From Camelus dromedarius (Eukaryota): a stretch of 64,000 bases of DNA. Shown here piece after piece: positions 11,756-22,552 of this stretch (the first letter of the stretch is position 1; each line of letters starts with the position of its first letter). Made by a program: the position numbers and the translations under genes. Location of the stretch: positions 49,786,001 to 49,850,000 of the forward strand of contig NC_087451.1 of the NCBI RefSeq assembly GCF_036321535.1. The letters are read 5' to 3'. The notes under the pieces are model-generated. The model saw only the letters and a program-made list of their open reading frames with translations, did no database searches and had not been told where the DNA came from.

Positions 11756-14289
11756 CTTGAGTTTTTTTGTCTTACGAAAGTAAATGTTTCTGTACAGATG
11801 TGTATGAAATCCTCTGGTTTCTGTCTTTCTTATATTGCAAATTATTTTTTTATACAGAAAGATAAGACTTACTAGGAAAAGACCAGTGTGATTTGTACAT
11901 ATAAGGGGAAATCTGTTTTAAAGGTGTGCGGAAATCTATTCTTAGAAAAGGCCAGTTGTTTTTTCCTACACATACATGACCAGTGTGGTTTTTGCTGTGA
12001 TTTACATGTTTACTTTCTCCTGTAACATGGGTTTTTTCCCCTTTGCTGTTCTGAGGGATGTTTTCCCCTAAGACCACATTCCTTGAGCAGCTAGGAAGAG
12101 CATAATTTACTAACTATAAGCTTGTCAAATAGTATGTGCCCTGTTTACTTGTGTACTTCCCTGCCTCCCTCCCTCCCATTTTCATTCAGAATTTGAGAAG
12201 GAAAACTAAGCAAAAATGGGGTGACTCCTCATTTTCATTATTTTTTGAGAGTTACCTCATTTACCAGATAAATTTCAGGTACCCAGCATCCAATGACGGT
12301 TAATTCTCTCCTTCCAAGTTCTTCCCTGTTCAGACTGAAATACTGTTTTAAGTGAGTATGCCTTGTAGATTGTTGTGGTTGTGAGAACCAGAGCAAAGAG
12401 GGTAGTTTCTCCAAGAGGAGGAAAGCAGCGTGTTCACACATTTAGATTTTTTTCTCTTCATCTTTTCATCGGACGCTTACGAGTCTGATTCACAGGAAGA
12501 CAGACCGGCAGCGGCCCTGTTTGCCGCCTGCTCTTGACACGCCCCCTCCCTGGAGGCAGCCTGCAGAGGGAATGCCCGCCGGATTCTCCTCTTTCACCCC
12601 CAGGCTCCTGTGGATCTTTTTCTTTATTTCCAATCCACTTGAGGGACTGGTTAACGTGGGGAAGCGTGTGGATCAGTACAGTGATGGGCTTCTTCTCATT
12701 TCTACCAGTTACTCAGAAGATGCAAGCTGTAAGGGCACTAAGGAAAAATGGGAACGGGAGGACTGAAGGGAAACCTTTCACTTTGCACCAATTGCATTAT
12801 CTTTTAAATGGATAATTCTGAGACTGCTTGCTACAGTGTTTTAATGAATTTTGAGGTGGTCCTGTGAAGAAACATCACTTTGAAGGTTTGTAGTCCCTTG
12901 GCAGAATGTAGTAACTTAACCTTAATTAGCACGTCAAGGGTCTGTTACTTCTTACCATTCATACGTCTTTCTCTTTCACAATTTGACCAAAGAATGATCC
13001 ACGTCGCACATCATCAGAGCTTACGAGTGTGACAGAGCAGTGGGTTCTGATGGTAGGAGTCTGGGGAGCACAGAGCCATCCTGACATGGCCCATGAAAGA
13101 AGAGCTAGGCGGGTGGTGGGGATCTGTTCGCCCAGATCTCTACATCACCTGTCAGGGAAAGGCACCAAAGAGGACGCACTGTGCTGAGCCAGTCCTGAAT
13201 GAAAGCAGAACTTTCCTGACCTGAGGGAAGGCAGCTGGATGATGACTAGCAGGGGGGAAACGGAGGTAAGTGCTCAAACTGCTTAGAGCATAAACCTTTC
13301 CTACCCAGGCCCTCACAATGTGACTTGTGTTAGCTCTGATGCTCCTTTTGGCTGAATTGTAAACGTCAGTGTGAAAGTGTCTCTAAAATATATAAGCAAA
13401 TCTTAAAAATGGGTATGTGACCTAATTTTCATTAGTACGCTTATTTGGCATCATCCTCAAATTTTTAATAGTCCGTGTGTTTTCAGGAAGCTGATTCGAG
13501 ACTAGATGCTTTTTGAGAAATACCACATGTCAAGATGCTAAGTTCAAATTTAACGTTTATAGCATGAGAATGCTCCAGGCAGGTAGCCTGACCGTTCCAA
13601 AATCCTTGATCCCCAGGTTCACAGTCCCAGTAGCCCACTTAACTAACACCTCCAAGCTTGCCAACGAATTCTTGTCTTTTTAACTCTATTTATCAAAAGT
13701 CTCTATCAGTGAGAGCGAATGTCTGTTACCTGTTTGGCTCTCAGCTCTGTGGAGGTCTCTGACCTGTGAGTATCACAGTTACATGTCTCAGATCTCTCTT
13801 AGTGCATCCCAAATTCAGAACCTATGTCCCCTTGCCTCCCGTGGCACACTCACACTTGTCACACCATTTGTCCCAGTTATTTTGGATTCAGAAAGCACCA
13901 AGCACCTTACTAGAAGGCGAGATTTTGACATCATTAGGAAACAGTTCCTACCTCTGTAGTGCCCTTCTGGTTCCTAGCAATTTTTTACAATGATGGTGTT
14001 TTGCTCTGCGAATTTTCTCTTCTCCTTTAGCGTAGTCAGTTGCAGAAGTCAGACAGTGAAATCGACAGATTGTCATTCCTTCTGGTTTTGAAAGCTGCGT
14101 GTCTGATGCACGCACACAAGGAGGCGTTGCCAGTATTATCTTCACGCATTGAAAAATCCAAATTCCGTAAGAACACCTCCTCTTCCAGCATTTTCCTATT
14201 CATAGTTTATATATATATCTTTTATGATCAGATAACCCTTGGAAGTGTCTGTTACTGAATCATATGGGTCTATGTGCTTTGATGTAACT

Positions 14290-14583
14290 TAGAGGGTCAC
14301 AAACTTTTTTTGTAAAAGGTCAGATAGTACATAGTTGAGACTTTTTCAGCTGCTCAACTGTGTCATTGTAGGAAAGCAGCCATAGACGTTATGTAAACAG
14401 GTGAGCATGACTGCATTCCAATAAAACTTTATTTATAGGCACTGAGATGTGAATTTTGTATAATTTTTACTTGTCAGAAAATACTCTTATTTTGATTATT
14501 TTAGCCACTTAAAAATGTAGAAACTATTCTTATTTCACAGGCTGTAGAAAAACAGGCTGTGAGCCAGATTTGACCAACTCCTG
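14290..14583. mobile_element. MER58B-like hAT-Charlie non-autonomous DNA transposon
   Basis: Matches recalled MER58B (caaactttt..gtaaa..cagatagt; ccaataaaactttattt). 8-bp TSD atgtaact (14282-14289) / gtgtaact (14584-14591). Confidence 0.8.
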
Positions 14584-14624
14584 GTGTAACTGATGAAAGC
14601 ATTTAGTAATAAATGCATAGCAGT

Positions 14625-14715
14625 GGGGGTGGGTATGGCTCAGTGGTAGAGCACGTGCTTAGCATACAGGAGGTCCTGGATTCAATCCCTAGTACCTCCA
14701 TTAGGAGAGAAAAAT
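14625..14715 (+). mobile_element. vic-1-like tRNA-Ala-derived SINE, short form
   Basis: gggtatggctcagtggtagagcacgtgcttagcatacaggaggtcctggattcaatccctagtacctcca followed by an A-rich tail. Confidence 0.85.
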
Positions 14716-15261
14716 ACACATATGGTGGTGCCTAGACCTGCCTTTCAGCAGAGCCTATGAGTAGGGGAATTCCAAGAGCAGGTACCTGTGAGCATTGCAG
14801 GCACCCCAGAACAGTAATAAACGCATAGCAGATTTTTTTTAATTACCTGTAGTTTTGGAATTTGAAAAAGCGTCCTACTAGGAAGAACTTAAAACTACTG
14901 TAGTCATGTTTTATTGTAGGGAGGGAAACTAAGATTGGAGCTGCAAGAAGTGTTTATCTCACTTTTACTGGTGGTATTGTTCACCAGAACTTGGTGCTCT
15001 AGCTGAGTCGGAGGGCAGTGTGGCATCAGAAGGTAAAGGGAGCGTGGAACCCGCTTCTTCGGAGCATTCAGCTGTGCTTTTGGTACTTTGTCCATGTGTG
15101 TTTCCCATTTGTGTGGTTGTGTAATTGACATGCCCAGAAGGTAAAACAACCCCACAAGAGAGTTTAGTTTAAAGTCTAGTTTTCTGGGGACTGTCCCCTT
15201 GTGCGCATGACAATGAGATAATGCTTCTTATTTCTTTAGATTTTAAAGTCAAAATTTCAGA

Positions 15262-15400
15262 GCTTAAATAGACCACAAAGACCATCTGTCCAACTTCATG
15301 CTTTTATAGTGTAAACTGAGGACAAAGCCACACTGTTAGTCTGTGCCTGAGCTAGGCCCGGGAACCCAGATGTCCTGGCCCCAGTTCAGCACTCCTTCCA
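15262..15400 (-). mobile_element. MIR SINE fragment
   Basis: Degenerate MIR core (ttttatagtgtaaactgagg..gagctaggcccgggaacccagatgtcctgg). Confidence 0.55.
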
Positions 15401-16065
15401 CCATAGGAGCCAGCCTCCACAACTTGCCTGGGTTTTATACTGTTAGTAAATATGCTGGATGTTCTGAGTAAAAAAAAAAAAGCCAGGCCTGGGGGAAAAA
15501 AAGAGAGAGAGAAGAAAGAAAAAAAAAACAGTGAAGAGTTTTGACATTTCTATTACTAAGAAGGGTTAAAGTTGGCAAAGCAAATTTTCTGGACGCCTTT
15601 CAGTTCCTCTGAGGCATTTTGCCTTCCCTTCTGGGAGCTGTCACCGGGTAATTGATGGTGTCTATTTAGAGGAGTGCAGGCTTGGCGGTTAGGTTTATTT
15701 CAGGTAGAGATAATTGAGGGAGGTACGGATGTTAACTATTCTTTTAAAGGCACTTTTTATGATTTTTATTTAATTGTTCTAAAATTGTTTATTTTGAAAA
15801 AAAAAATACTGTTTCACTTCTTATTTGTAAATGGAAAATTACCTTGGAACAGGGGTTTTAGAAGAGGGAAAAGCTGCTAGTTTCTGATTAACTCAACTGT
15901 TTTTTGTCACTGCTTCTCCCGTCTGCCTCTGGGATTTCTATAATTGCAGCCTCTTTTATCCCAGCAGGTTCTGTAGCCTGTCTGGAGCATAAGGGGCTGA
16001 CTGTGTCTACATATACTTAACTTACTCTTTTGTTCCTGATTCTCTCGGATCTCTTACTTTCCCCC

Positions 16066-16228
16066 CAGATTCTCAGACTGTGGTCACAACGCCTGGGAAC
16101 TTGTAAGGAATACAGTTTTCAGGCCCCACTCCAGACCTACTGAATCAGAAACTTGGAGACTGGGGCCCAGCAAAATGTGTGCTAACAACCCCCCACCCTG
16201 TGATTCCTGCAAAAGTTGGAGATCCGCC
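16066..16228. mobile_element. MER5A hAT-Charlie element
   Basis: cctgggaacttgtaag..ggccccactccagacctactgaatcagaaact matches recalled MER5A. Confidence 0.8.
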
Positions 16229-16399
16229 TCATTGGATGCTGAGTTAGAGGAAGTTCCGTACAACGTCTTTTCCCTTGAAGAAGTTACAGTCTATTTGGAT
16301 AACTAAGTTAACAGTGGTTATGTTTTTTTTTTAAGACAGTAAGTTAATTACATGTAAGTATAATGTTGATTTAAAAAGGGAACACACCTAATGTCTTCC

Positions 16400-16780
16400 T
16401 TTTCCTCTTGTGATAAAATTCAAATCTTCAGGTAGTTTACAAAGCCCAGCAGACCTGGCCCCACACCTTCTTTGCAGCCAAATCTATACTCTCCCGTCCA
16501 ACTACACGCTAGTCAAAGAGGTCTTCTTTCAGTTCTAAGAATGCACCTTGGTCACTCTCTGTTGAGTGCTTTGCCACTTGCTGCCTCCGTCTAAGACCAC
16601 ATCCTCCAAGCTTCTCGTCATTGGGTCTTGGAGGGTCAAGGCCCTTCATGAGGCCAGTGTCCAGGGGCTGAGTCTCGGTCCACTTCATCCTCCTGTTGGC
16701 AGCACAAACACCCTGCCCTTACCTCTGCTTTGTCTGGATACTATTTCTTTTTCCCTCTCTGGAGATTCCATTAAAGGGGT
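16400..16780 (+). mobile_element. L2 LINE fragment
   Basis: Degenerate L2 3'-region motifs (gataaaattcaaatc..acaaagccc..gacctggcccc). Confidence 0.5.
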
Positions 16781-17699
16781 TTAAGCAGTGGGGCGATGTG
16801 TACTAGGCAGGTCTCAACAAACTGCCTTTCCTCTGTCCCTGAGGAGGACCTGGGGTAGCTGACCAGTCTCCGTCCTGCCCAGCTGTGCCCTACTGGCAGT
16901 GAACTGAGTCCTGATTTTGCGCCACAACCCCCCCTCCTCTCCCCCTACCATTGTGTGCCTGCCTAGGAGGATACACATCAGTCTGCTTGGGTCTAACTTA
17001 ATTTTCTTGATTTATGCAACCCTTTCTTGAGAAGCAGCTTTACTCAGTCACTGCAGCCCTTGTGGAAACACTGACTAGCAGCCCTGGAGACGAAATGATC
17101 TTTTAATGGTACTGGAAATTCACTACGTTGCTAGGGGAAAAGTAGAAAAGCACGGACTTAGAGCTAGGAGTTTGAATCACAACTTCGCTGCATTCATCGT
17201 GCGAATTGCTTGACTTTTCTGGTTCTGTTTCCCTCTCTCTAAAATGAAGACTAGGAACTTTGTGCACATTCACTGAGATCTGTCCCCAGTGGCATTTCAT
17301 CTTCCCCCTGCCCCAGGAGAACAGATCTGTGTCCCTACAGCAAGCACCACTGGGGGGCAAGCCTCTGCCGCGCCTGCACTTGAGCAGAGCTGAGCCATTG
17401 CTTCGGGGCAAACTGCAGAGGCATGGGTAACAGCCAGTTTTTGTTCCTACATGTGTCTGATGAATGTCTTGATTAAACTGTCTTGAGTATTGGGGTCAAT
17501 AAAATGTCCTTCACCCCTGTTGTCTTGGCAGGCGGCGCAGAATAGCAGACTTCCCTATCTTGATGGCTGCTTTCTCTTTCTCGGCCCCTTGCTGGCTGTT
17601 CAACCTCTGTTCAGCCTTTAAAGTGTCAGCATAGCCCATGGTTCTGTCCTGAGCTTCCTTACCCCCTCCATCCATACTGTCTCTGGGTGATCTCACCCT

Positions 17700-17947
17700 G
17701 ATTTTATTTTTTTAACTTTTTATTTTGAAATAATTTGAAACATTTTAAAAGTTGCCATAATCATAATAGGGTTTGCCTGTTCTGGGCATTTCATAGAAAT
17801 AGAATCATACAATATGTGGTCTTTTGTGCCTGGCTTCTTTCTTTTTAGCATAATATTTTCAAGATTCGTTCATCTTGCAGGATGTATCAGTACTTTGTTC
17901 CTTTTTTTTTGGAGGGAAGCTGAGTAATACTTCATTGTATGGAAATG
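17700..17947 (-). mobile_element. Old L1 (L1M) 3' fragment; left part of the element interrupted by Tigger1
   Basis: gaatcatacaatatgtggtcttttgtgcctggcttctttc..agcataatattttcaagattc..catcttg is a typical antisense L1M 3' end. Confidence 0.7.
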
Positions 17948-20370
17948 CAGGCATACCTTGGTGATATTGCAGGTTCAGTTCCGGACCACCGCAATAAAGC
18001 AAATACTGCAATAAAGTGAATCACTCAAACCTTTTGCTTTCCCAGTGCATATATAAAGGTTATGTGTATACTATACTGTGGTCTAGTAAGTGTGCCATAG
18101 CACTATGTCTTAAAAAAACAAGGTCCATACCTTAATTTAAAAATACTTTATTGTTGAAAAAAATGCTAACCATCATCTGAGCCTTCACTGAGTTGCAATC
18201 TTGTGGCTGGTGGAGGATCTTGTCTTGCCTCAGTGTTGATGGCTACTGATTGATTAGGGTGGTGGTTGCTGAAGGTTGGGGTGGCCGTAGCAATTTCTTA
18301 AAATAAGAAACAATGAAGTTTGCGGTATTTGTTCACAGATGATTTCTCGTGGCATNNNNNNNNNNNNNNNNNNNNNNNNNNNNNNNNNNNNNNNNNNNNN
18401 NNNNNNNNNNNNNNNNNNNNNNNNNNNNNNNNNNNNNNNNNNNNNNNNNNNNNNNNNNNNNNNNNNNNNNNNNNNNNNNNNNNNNNNNNNNNNNNNNNNN
18501 NNNNNNNNNNNNNNNNNNNNNNNNNNNNNNNNNNCTTCTTTGCTCATCCGTGAGAAGCAGCTTCTCATCTTTGGAAGTTTGATCACAGATGGTANNNNNN
18601 NNNNNNNNNNNNNNNNNNNNNNNNNNNNNNNNNNNNNNNNNNNNNNNNNNNNNNNNNNNNNNNNNNNNNNNNNNNNNNNNNNNNNNNNNNNNNNNNNNNN
18701 NNNNNNNNNNNNNNNNNNNNNNNNNNNNNNNNNNNNNNNNNNNNNNNNNNNNNNNNNNNNNNNNNNNNNNNNNNNNNATGTTCTTGCTGGCATCTAGAAT
18801 GGTGAATTGTTTCCAGAAGGTTTTCAACTTATTTGCCCAGATCTTTCAGAGAAAGCACTGTCTATGGCAGTTCTGGCCTTATGAAATGTATTTCTTAAAT
18901 AATAAGACTTGAAAGTTGAAATTACTCCTTTATCTGTGGGCTACAGAATGGATGTTGCATTAGCAGGCAAAAAAAAAAACACATCAATCTCATTGTATGT
19001 CTCCATCTGAGCTCTTAGNNNNNNNNNNNNNNNNNNNNNNNNNNNNNNNNNNNNNNNNNNNNNNNNNNNNNNNNNNNNNNNNNNNNNNNNNNNNNNNNNN
19101 NNNNNNNNNNNNNNNNNNNNNNNNNNNNNNNNNNNNNNNNNNNNNNNNNNNNNNNNNNNNNNNNNNNNNNNNNNNNNNNNNNNNNNNNNNNNNNNNNNNN
19201 NNNNNNNNNNNNNNNNNNNNNNNNNNNNNNNNNNNNGAGTCACCGGCTGCATTAGCTCCTNNNNNNNNNNNNNNNNNNNNNNNNNNNNNNNNNNNNNNNN
19301 NNNNNNNNNNNNNNNNNNNNNNNNNNNNNNNNNNNNNNNNNNNNNNNNNNNNNNNNNNNNNNNNNNNNNNNNNNNNNNNNNNNNNNNNNNNNNNNNNNNN
19401 NNNNNNNNNNNNNNNNNNNNNNNNNNNNNNNNNNNNNNNNNNNNNNNNNNNNNNNNNNNNNNNNNNNNNNNNNNNNNNNNNNNNNNGAGATGATTTCCTT
19501 CCTTAAACCTCATGAACCAGCCTCAGCTAGCTTCCAACTTTTCTTCTGCAGCTTCCTCCCCTCTCTCAGCCTTTATAGAGTTGAAGAGAGCTGGGGCTTT
19601 GCTCTGGGTCAGGCTTTGGTTTAAGGGAATGTTGGCTGGTTCGATCCTCTATCCAGACCACTGAAACTTACTTCACATCAGCAATAGGCTGCTTCGCCTT
19701 CTTATCATTCGTGTGTTCACTGGAGTGGCGCTTTTAATTTCCTTCAAGAACCTCTCCTTTGCGTTCACAACTTGGCTAGATGTTTGGCCAAAGAGGCCCA
19801 GCTTGTAGGCTCGTTTAGCTTTTGACATGCCTTTTCTCACTAAGCTTAATCGTGTCTAACTTTTGANNNNNNNNNNNNNNNNNNNNNNNNNNNNNNNNNN
19901 NNNNNNNNNNNNNNNNNNNNNNNNNNNNNNNNNNNNNNNNNNNNNNNNNNNNNNNNNNNNNNNNNNNNNNNNNNNNNNNNNNNNNNNNNNNNNNNNNNNN
20001 NNNNTGGTGGAGCAGAAGGAACGCACACCTTTATTGATTATGTCTGCTGTCTTACATGGTGCAGNNNNNNNNNNNNNNNNNNNNNNNNNNNNNNNNNNNN
20101 NNNNNNNNNNNNNNNNNNNNNNNNNNNNNNNNNNNNNNNNNNNNNNNNNNNNNNNNNNNNNNNNNNNNNNNNNNNNNNNNNNNNNNNNNNNNNNNNNNNN
20201 NNNNNNNNNNNNNNNNNNNNNNNNNNNNNNNNNNNNNNNNNNNNNNNNNNNNNNNNNNNNNNNNNNNNNNNNNNNNNNNNNNNNNNNNNNNNNNNNNNNN
20301 NNNNNNNNNNNNNNNNNNNNNNNNNNNNNNNNNNNNNNNNNNNNNNNNNNNNNNNNNNNNNNNNNNNNNN
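17948..20370 (-). mobile_element. Near-full-length Tigger1 (TcMar-Tigger) DNA transposon with degenerate pogo-like transposase; distal end lies in Ns and is approximate
   Basis: Begins with terminus CAGGCATACCTTGGTGATATTGCAGGTTCAGTTCCGGACCACCGCAATAAAGC. Unmasked pieces are colinear with the Tigger1 transposase (EIDVFFLPANATSIL; FWKQFTILDA; the CENP-B HTH region near 19800-19866). Confidence 0.88.
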
Positions 20371-20458
20371 NNNNNNNNNNNNNNNNNNNNNNNNNNNNNN
20401 NNNNNNNNNNNNNNNNNNNNNNNNNNNNNNNNNNNNNNNNNNNNNNNNNNNNNNNNNN

Positions 20459-21412
20459 GTATACCTGGGAGTGGAATCGCTGGGTCACTTGGTAACTCTG
20501 TTTTGATATTTTGAGGTACTGCCAAAGTGTTTTCTAAAGTAGCTGCACCATTTTGCATTCTCACCAGCAGCCCCTGAAGTTTCTTGTTCGTCTACATCCT
20601 TGTCAACACTTATCATTATCTTATTTTATTGTAACCATTCAACCATTTATTGTAATATTCAACACCAACCAGTGTGAAGTGGTATCCCATTGTGATTTTG
20701 ACTATTACTGTTCTTGCCCAGAATAGTTACTACTATGATACTCACCAAGTTTCCTACCTCTGTCATTTCTTCTTCATTTATTAGTTGCTATGTAAGGGAG
20801 AACAATGCCTTTTCCCAGATACATTTATTCAGTGACTTATGTGTATCAGTATGTTTCCATATCTTGGCTACTGTGAGTAACAATGTAATGATGAACATGG
20901 TGTTACATCTATCTTTTCAAGTTAGTGTTTTTGTTTTCTTCAGACAAATACCAAGAAGTTGAATTGCTGGGTTGTATGGCAGTTCTTTAATTTTCTGAGG
21001 AACCTCCATACTATTTTCCGTAGTGGCTGCACCAGTTTATATTTCTACCATTAGTGCACAAGGATTGCCTTTTCCCCATATCCTTGCCATCATTTATTTC
21101 TTGTCTTTTTTTTTTTAATTAAAATACAGTCAGTTTACAGTGTTGTGTCAGTTTCTGGTGTACAGCATAATAGTTCAGTCATACATATATGTACATATAT
21201 TCCTTTTCATATTCTTCTTCATTTATATTTGTCTTTTTGATAATAGCCTTTCTAACAGGTGTGAGGTGATAGTCCTTGTGGTTTTGATGTGCATTTCCCT
21301 GATGATTAGTGATACTGAGCATCTTTCCATGTACCTGTTGGCCACTCGTATGCCTTCTTTGGAAAAATGTCTATACAGATCTTCTGCCCATTTTTAATCA
21401 TGTTTTAATTTA
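20459..21412 (-). mobile_element. L1 fragments (ORF2 3' end / 3' UTR): right part of the Tigger1 host plus a second L1MA-like piece
   Basis: ggagtggaatcgctgggtca..gctgcaccattttgcattctcaccagcag; ttctgaggaacctccatactattttcc; tttccctgatgattagtgatactgagcatctttccatg. Confidence 0.8.
21111..21228 (-). mobile_element. Short 5'-truncated younger L1 3' end nested in older L1
   Basis: Poly-T then aaaatacagtcagtttacagtgttgtgtcagtttctggtgtacagca; duplicated ttgtcttttt at 21101-21110 and 21229-21238. Confidence 0.7.
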
Positions 21413-21726
21413 NNNNNNNNNNNNNNNNNNNNNNNNNNNNNNNNNNNNNNNNNNNNNNNNNNNNNNNNNNNNNNNNNNNNNNNNNNNNNNNNNNNNNNNN
21501 NNNNNNNNNNNNNNNNNNNNNNNNNNNNNNNNNNNNNNNNNNNNNNNNNNNNNNNNNNNNNNNNNNNNNNNNNNNNNNNNNNNNNNNNNNNNNNNNNNNN
21601 NNNNNNNNNNNNNNNNNNNNNNNNNNNNNATCACCAAGACTGATGTCAAGGTGTCTTAATCACCACTGAATACTCAGAGCCTAGAACAATACTTGACACA
21701 TAGCTACTGCTCAATAAATATATTTT

Positions 21727-21842
21727 GGGGGGACGAGGGAGGTAATTAAGTTTTTAATTTATTTTTAATGGAGGTACTGGGGATTGAACCCAGGATCTTG
21801 TGCCTGCTAAGCACACTCTACTACTGAGCTATACTCTCCCCA
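21727..21842 (-). mobile_element. vic-1-like SINE, long form, inserted in an L2 3' tail
   Basis: tRNA-Ala-like head plus a ggaggtaatta module. 17-bp TSD with 1 mismatch: ctcaataaatatatttt (21710-21726) / ctcaataaatatttttt (21843-21859). Confidence 0.88.
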
Positions 21843-22221
21843 CTCAATAAATATTTTTTGAATGAATGAGTAAATAGGCAAATAAACGAACTTAGGCTAC
21901 TTGCCTTAAAACTCCAGGGAAGTCAATGCAACTTATTGGACTGAGTGAGGAAATAAAACTAAAGGGAAATCCAAATATTTTCTGCTGAGATGGCTCTGCC
22001 AGCAGAGATGCTGTGGGGAGGGGTCTTGGGAAAATCAACTACAGAATGGCATGCACGGACTCAGGTAATTCAGACTCAGTGGTCACAGGTCTCAGAATTG
22101 GGGTCTAAGCTTTTCTTTGGGTCATCTGGTCAACTATCCTCCTTCACCTGAGTGCAACAGTCTCTCCTACGAGACTGTAGTAAGTTTTAGTCGGAGGGAT
22201 TCCGTACTGCTTGGTCGGTCA

Positions 22222-22500
22222 TTCATTCACAAATGTGTATTTGGAGGCTTCTGTGTATAAAGTGCTGGGCTTTGGTGTTGTGGGAAACAAAGGTGAGATA
22301 GTTATGTTGAGGGAAGGCTCTAGTATTCAAAAGATTTGTATCTTCCGAGAGGTAATGTGTAAGTCTGCTACAAACAGAAAAACAATGAGAACTATAAGAA
22401 AGAAAATCCGGTGCAATGGGAATTCAAGCAAAGGGGGAATTGTCCCAAGCTGAGGCACTCCACTTTGTGGAGGAGGTCATGTTCAGTTTGGACCTTGAAC
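22222..22500 (-). mobile_element. L2 LINE 3' fragment
   Basis: cattcattcacaaatgtgtatttggaggcttctgtgtataaagtgctggg is the antisense L2 tail. Confidence 0.6.
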
Positions 22501-22525
22501 AGTTGATGCATAAAAAGTATTTAGT

Positions 22526-22552
22526 GACTATAACTGAATAAAAAAAAAGTTA
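22526..22552 (+). mobile_element. Ultra-short L1 3'-terminal insertion with perfect 14-bp TSD
   Basis: aaaaagtatttagt at 22512-22525 and 22553-22566 flanks gactataactgaataaaaaaaaagtta. Confidence 0.7.

Noticed and set aside
18254-21659. Many long ORFs in the track
   Set aside because: They run through N blocks translated as X and are artefacts.
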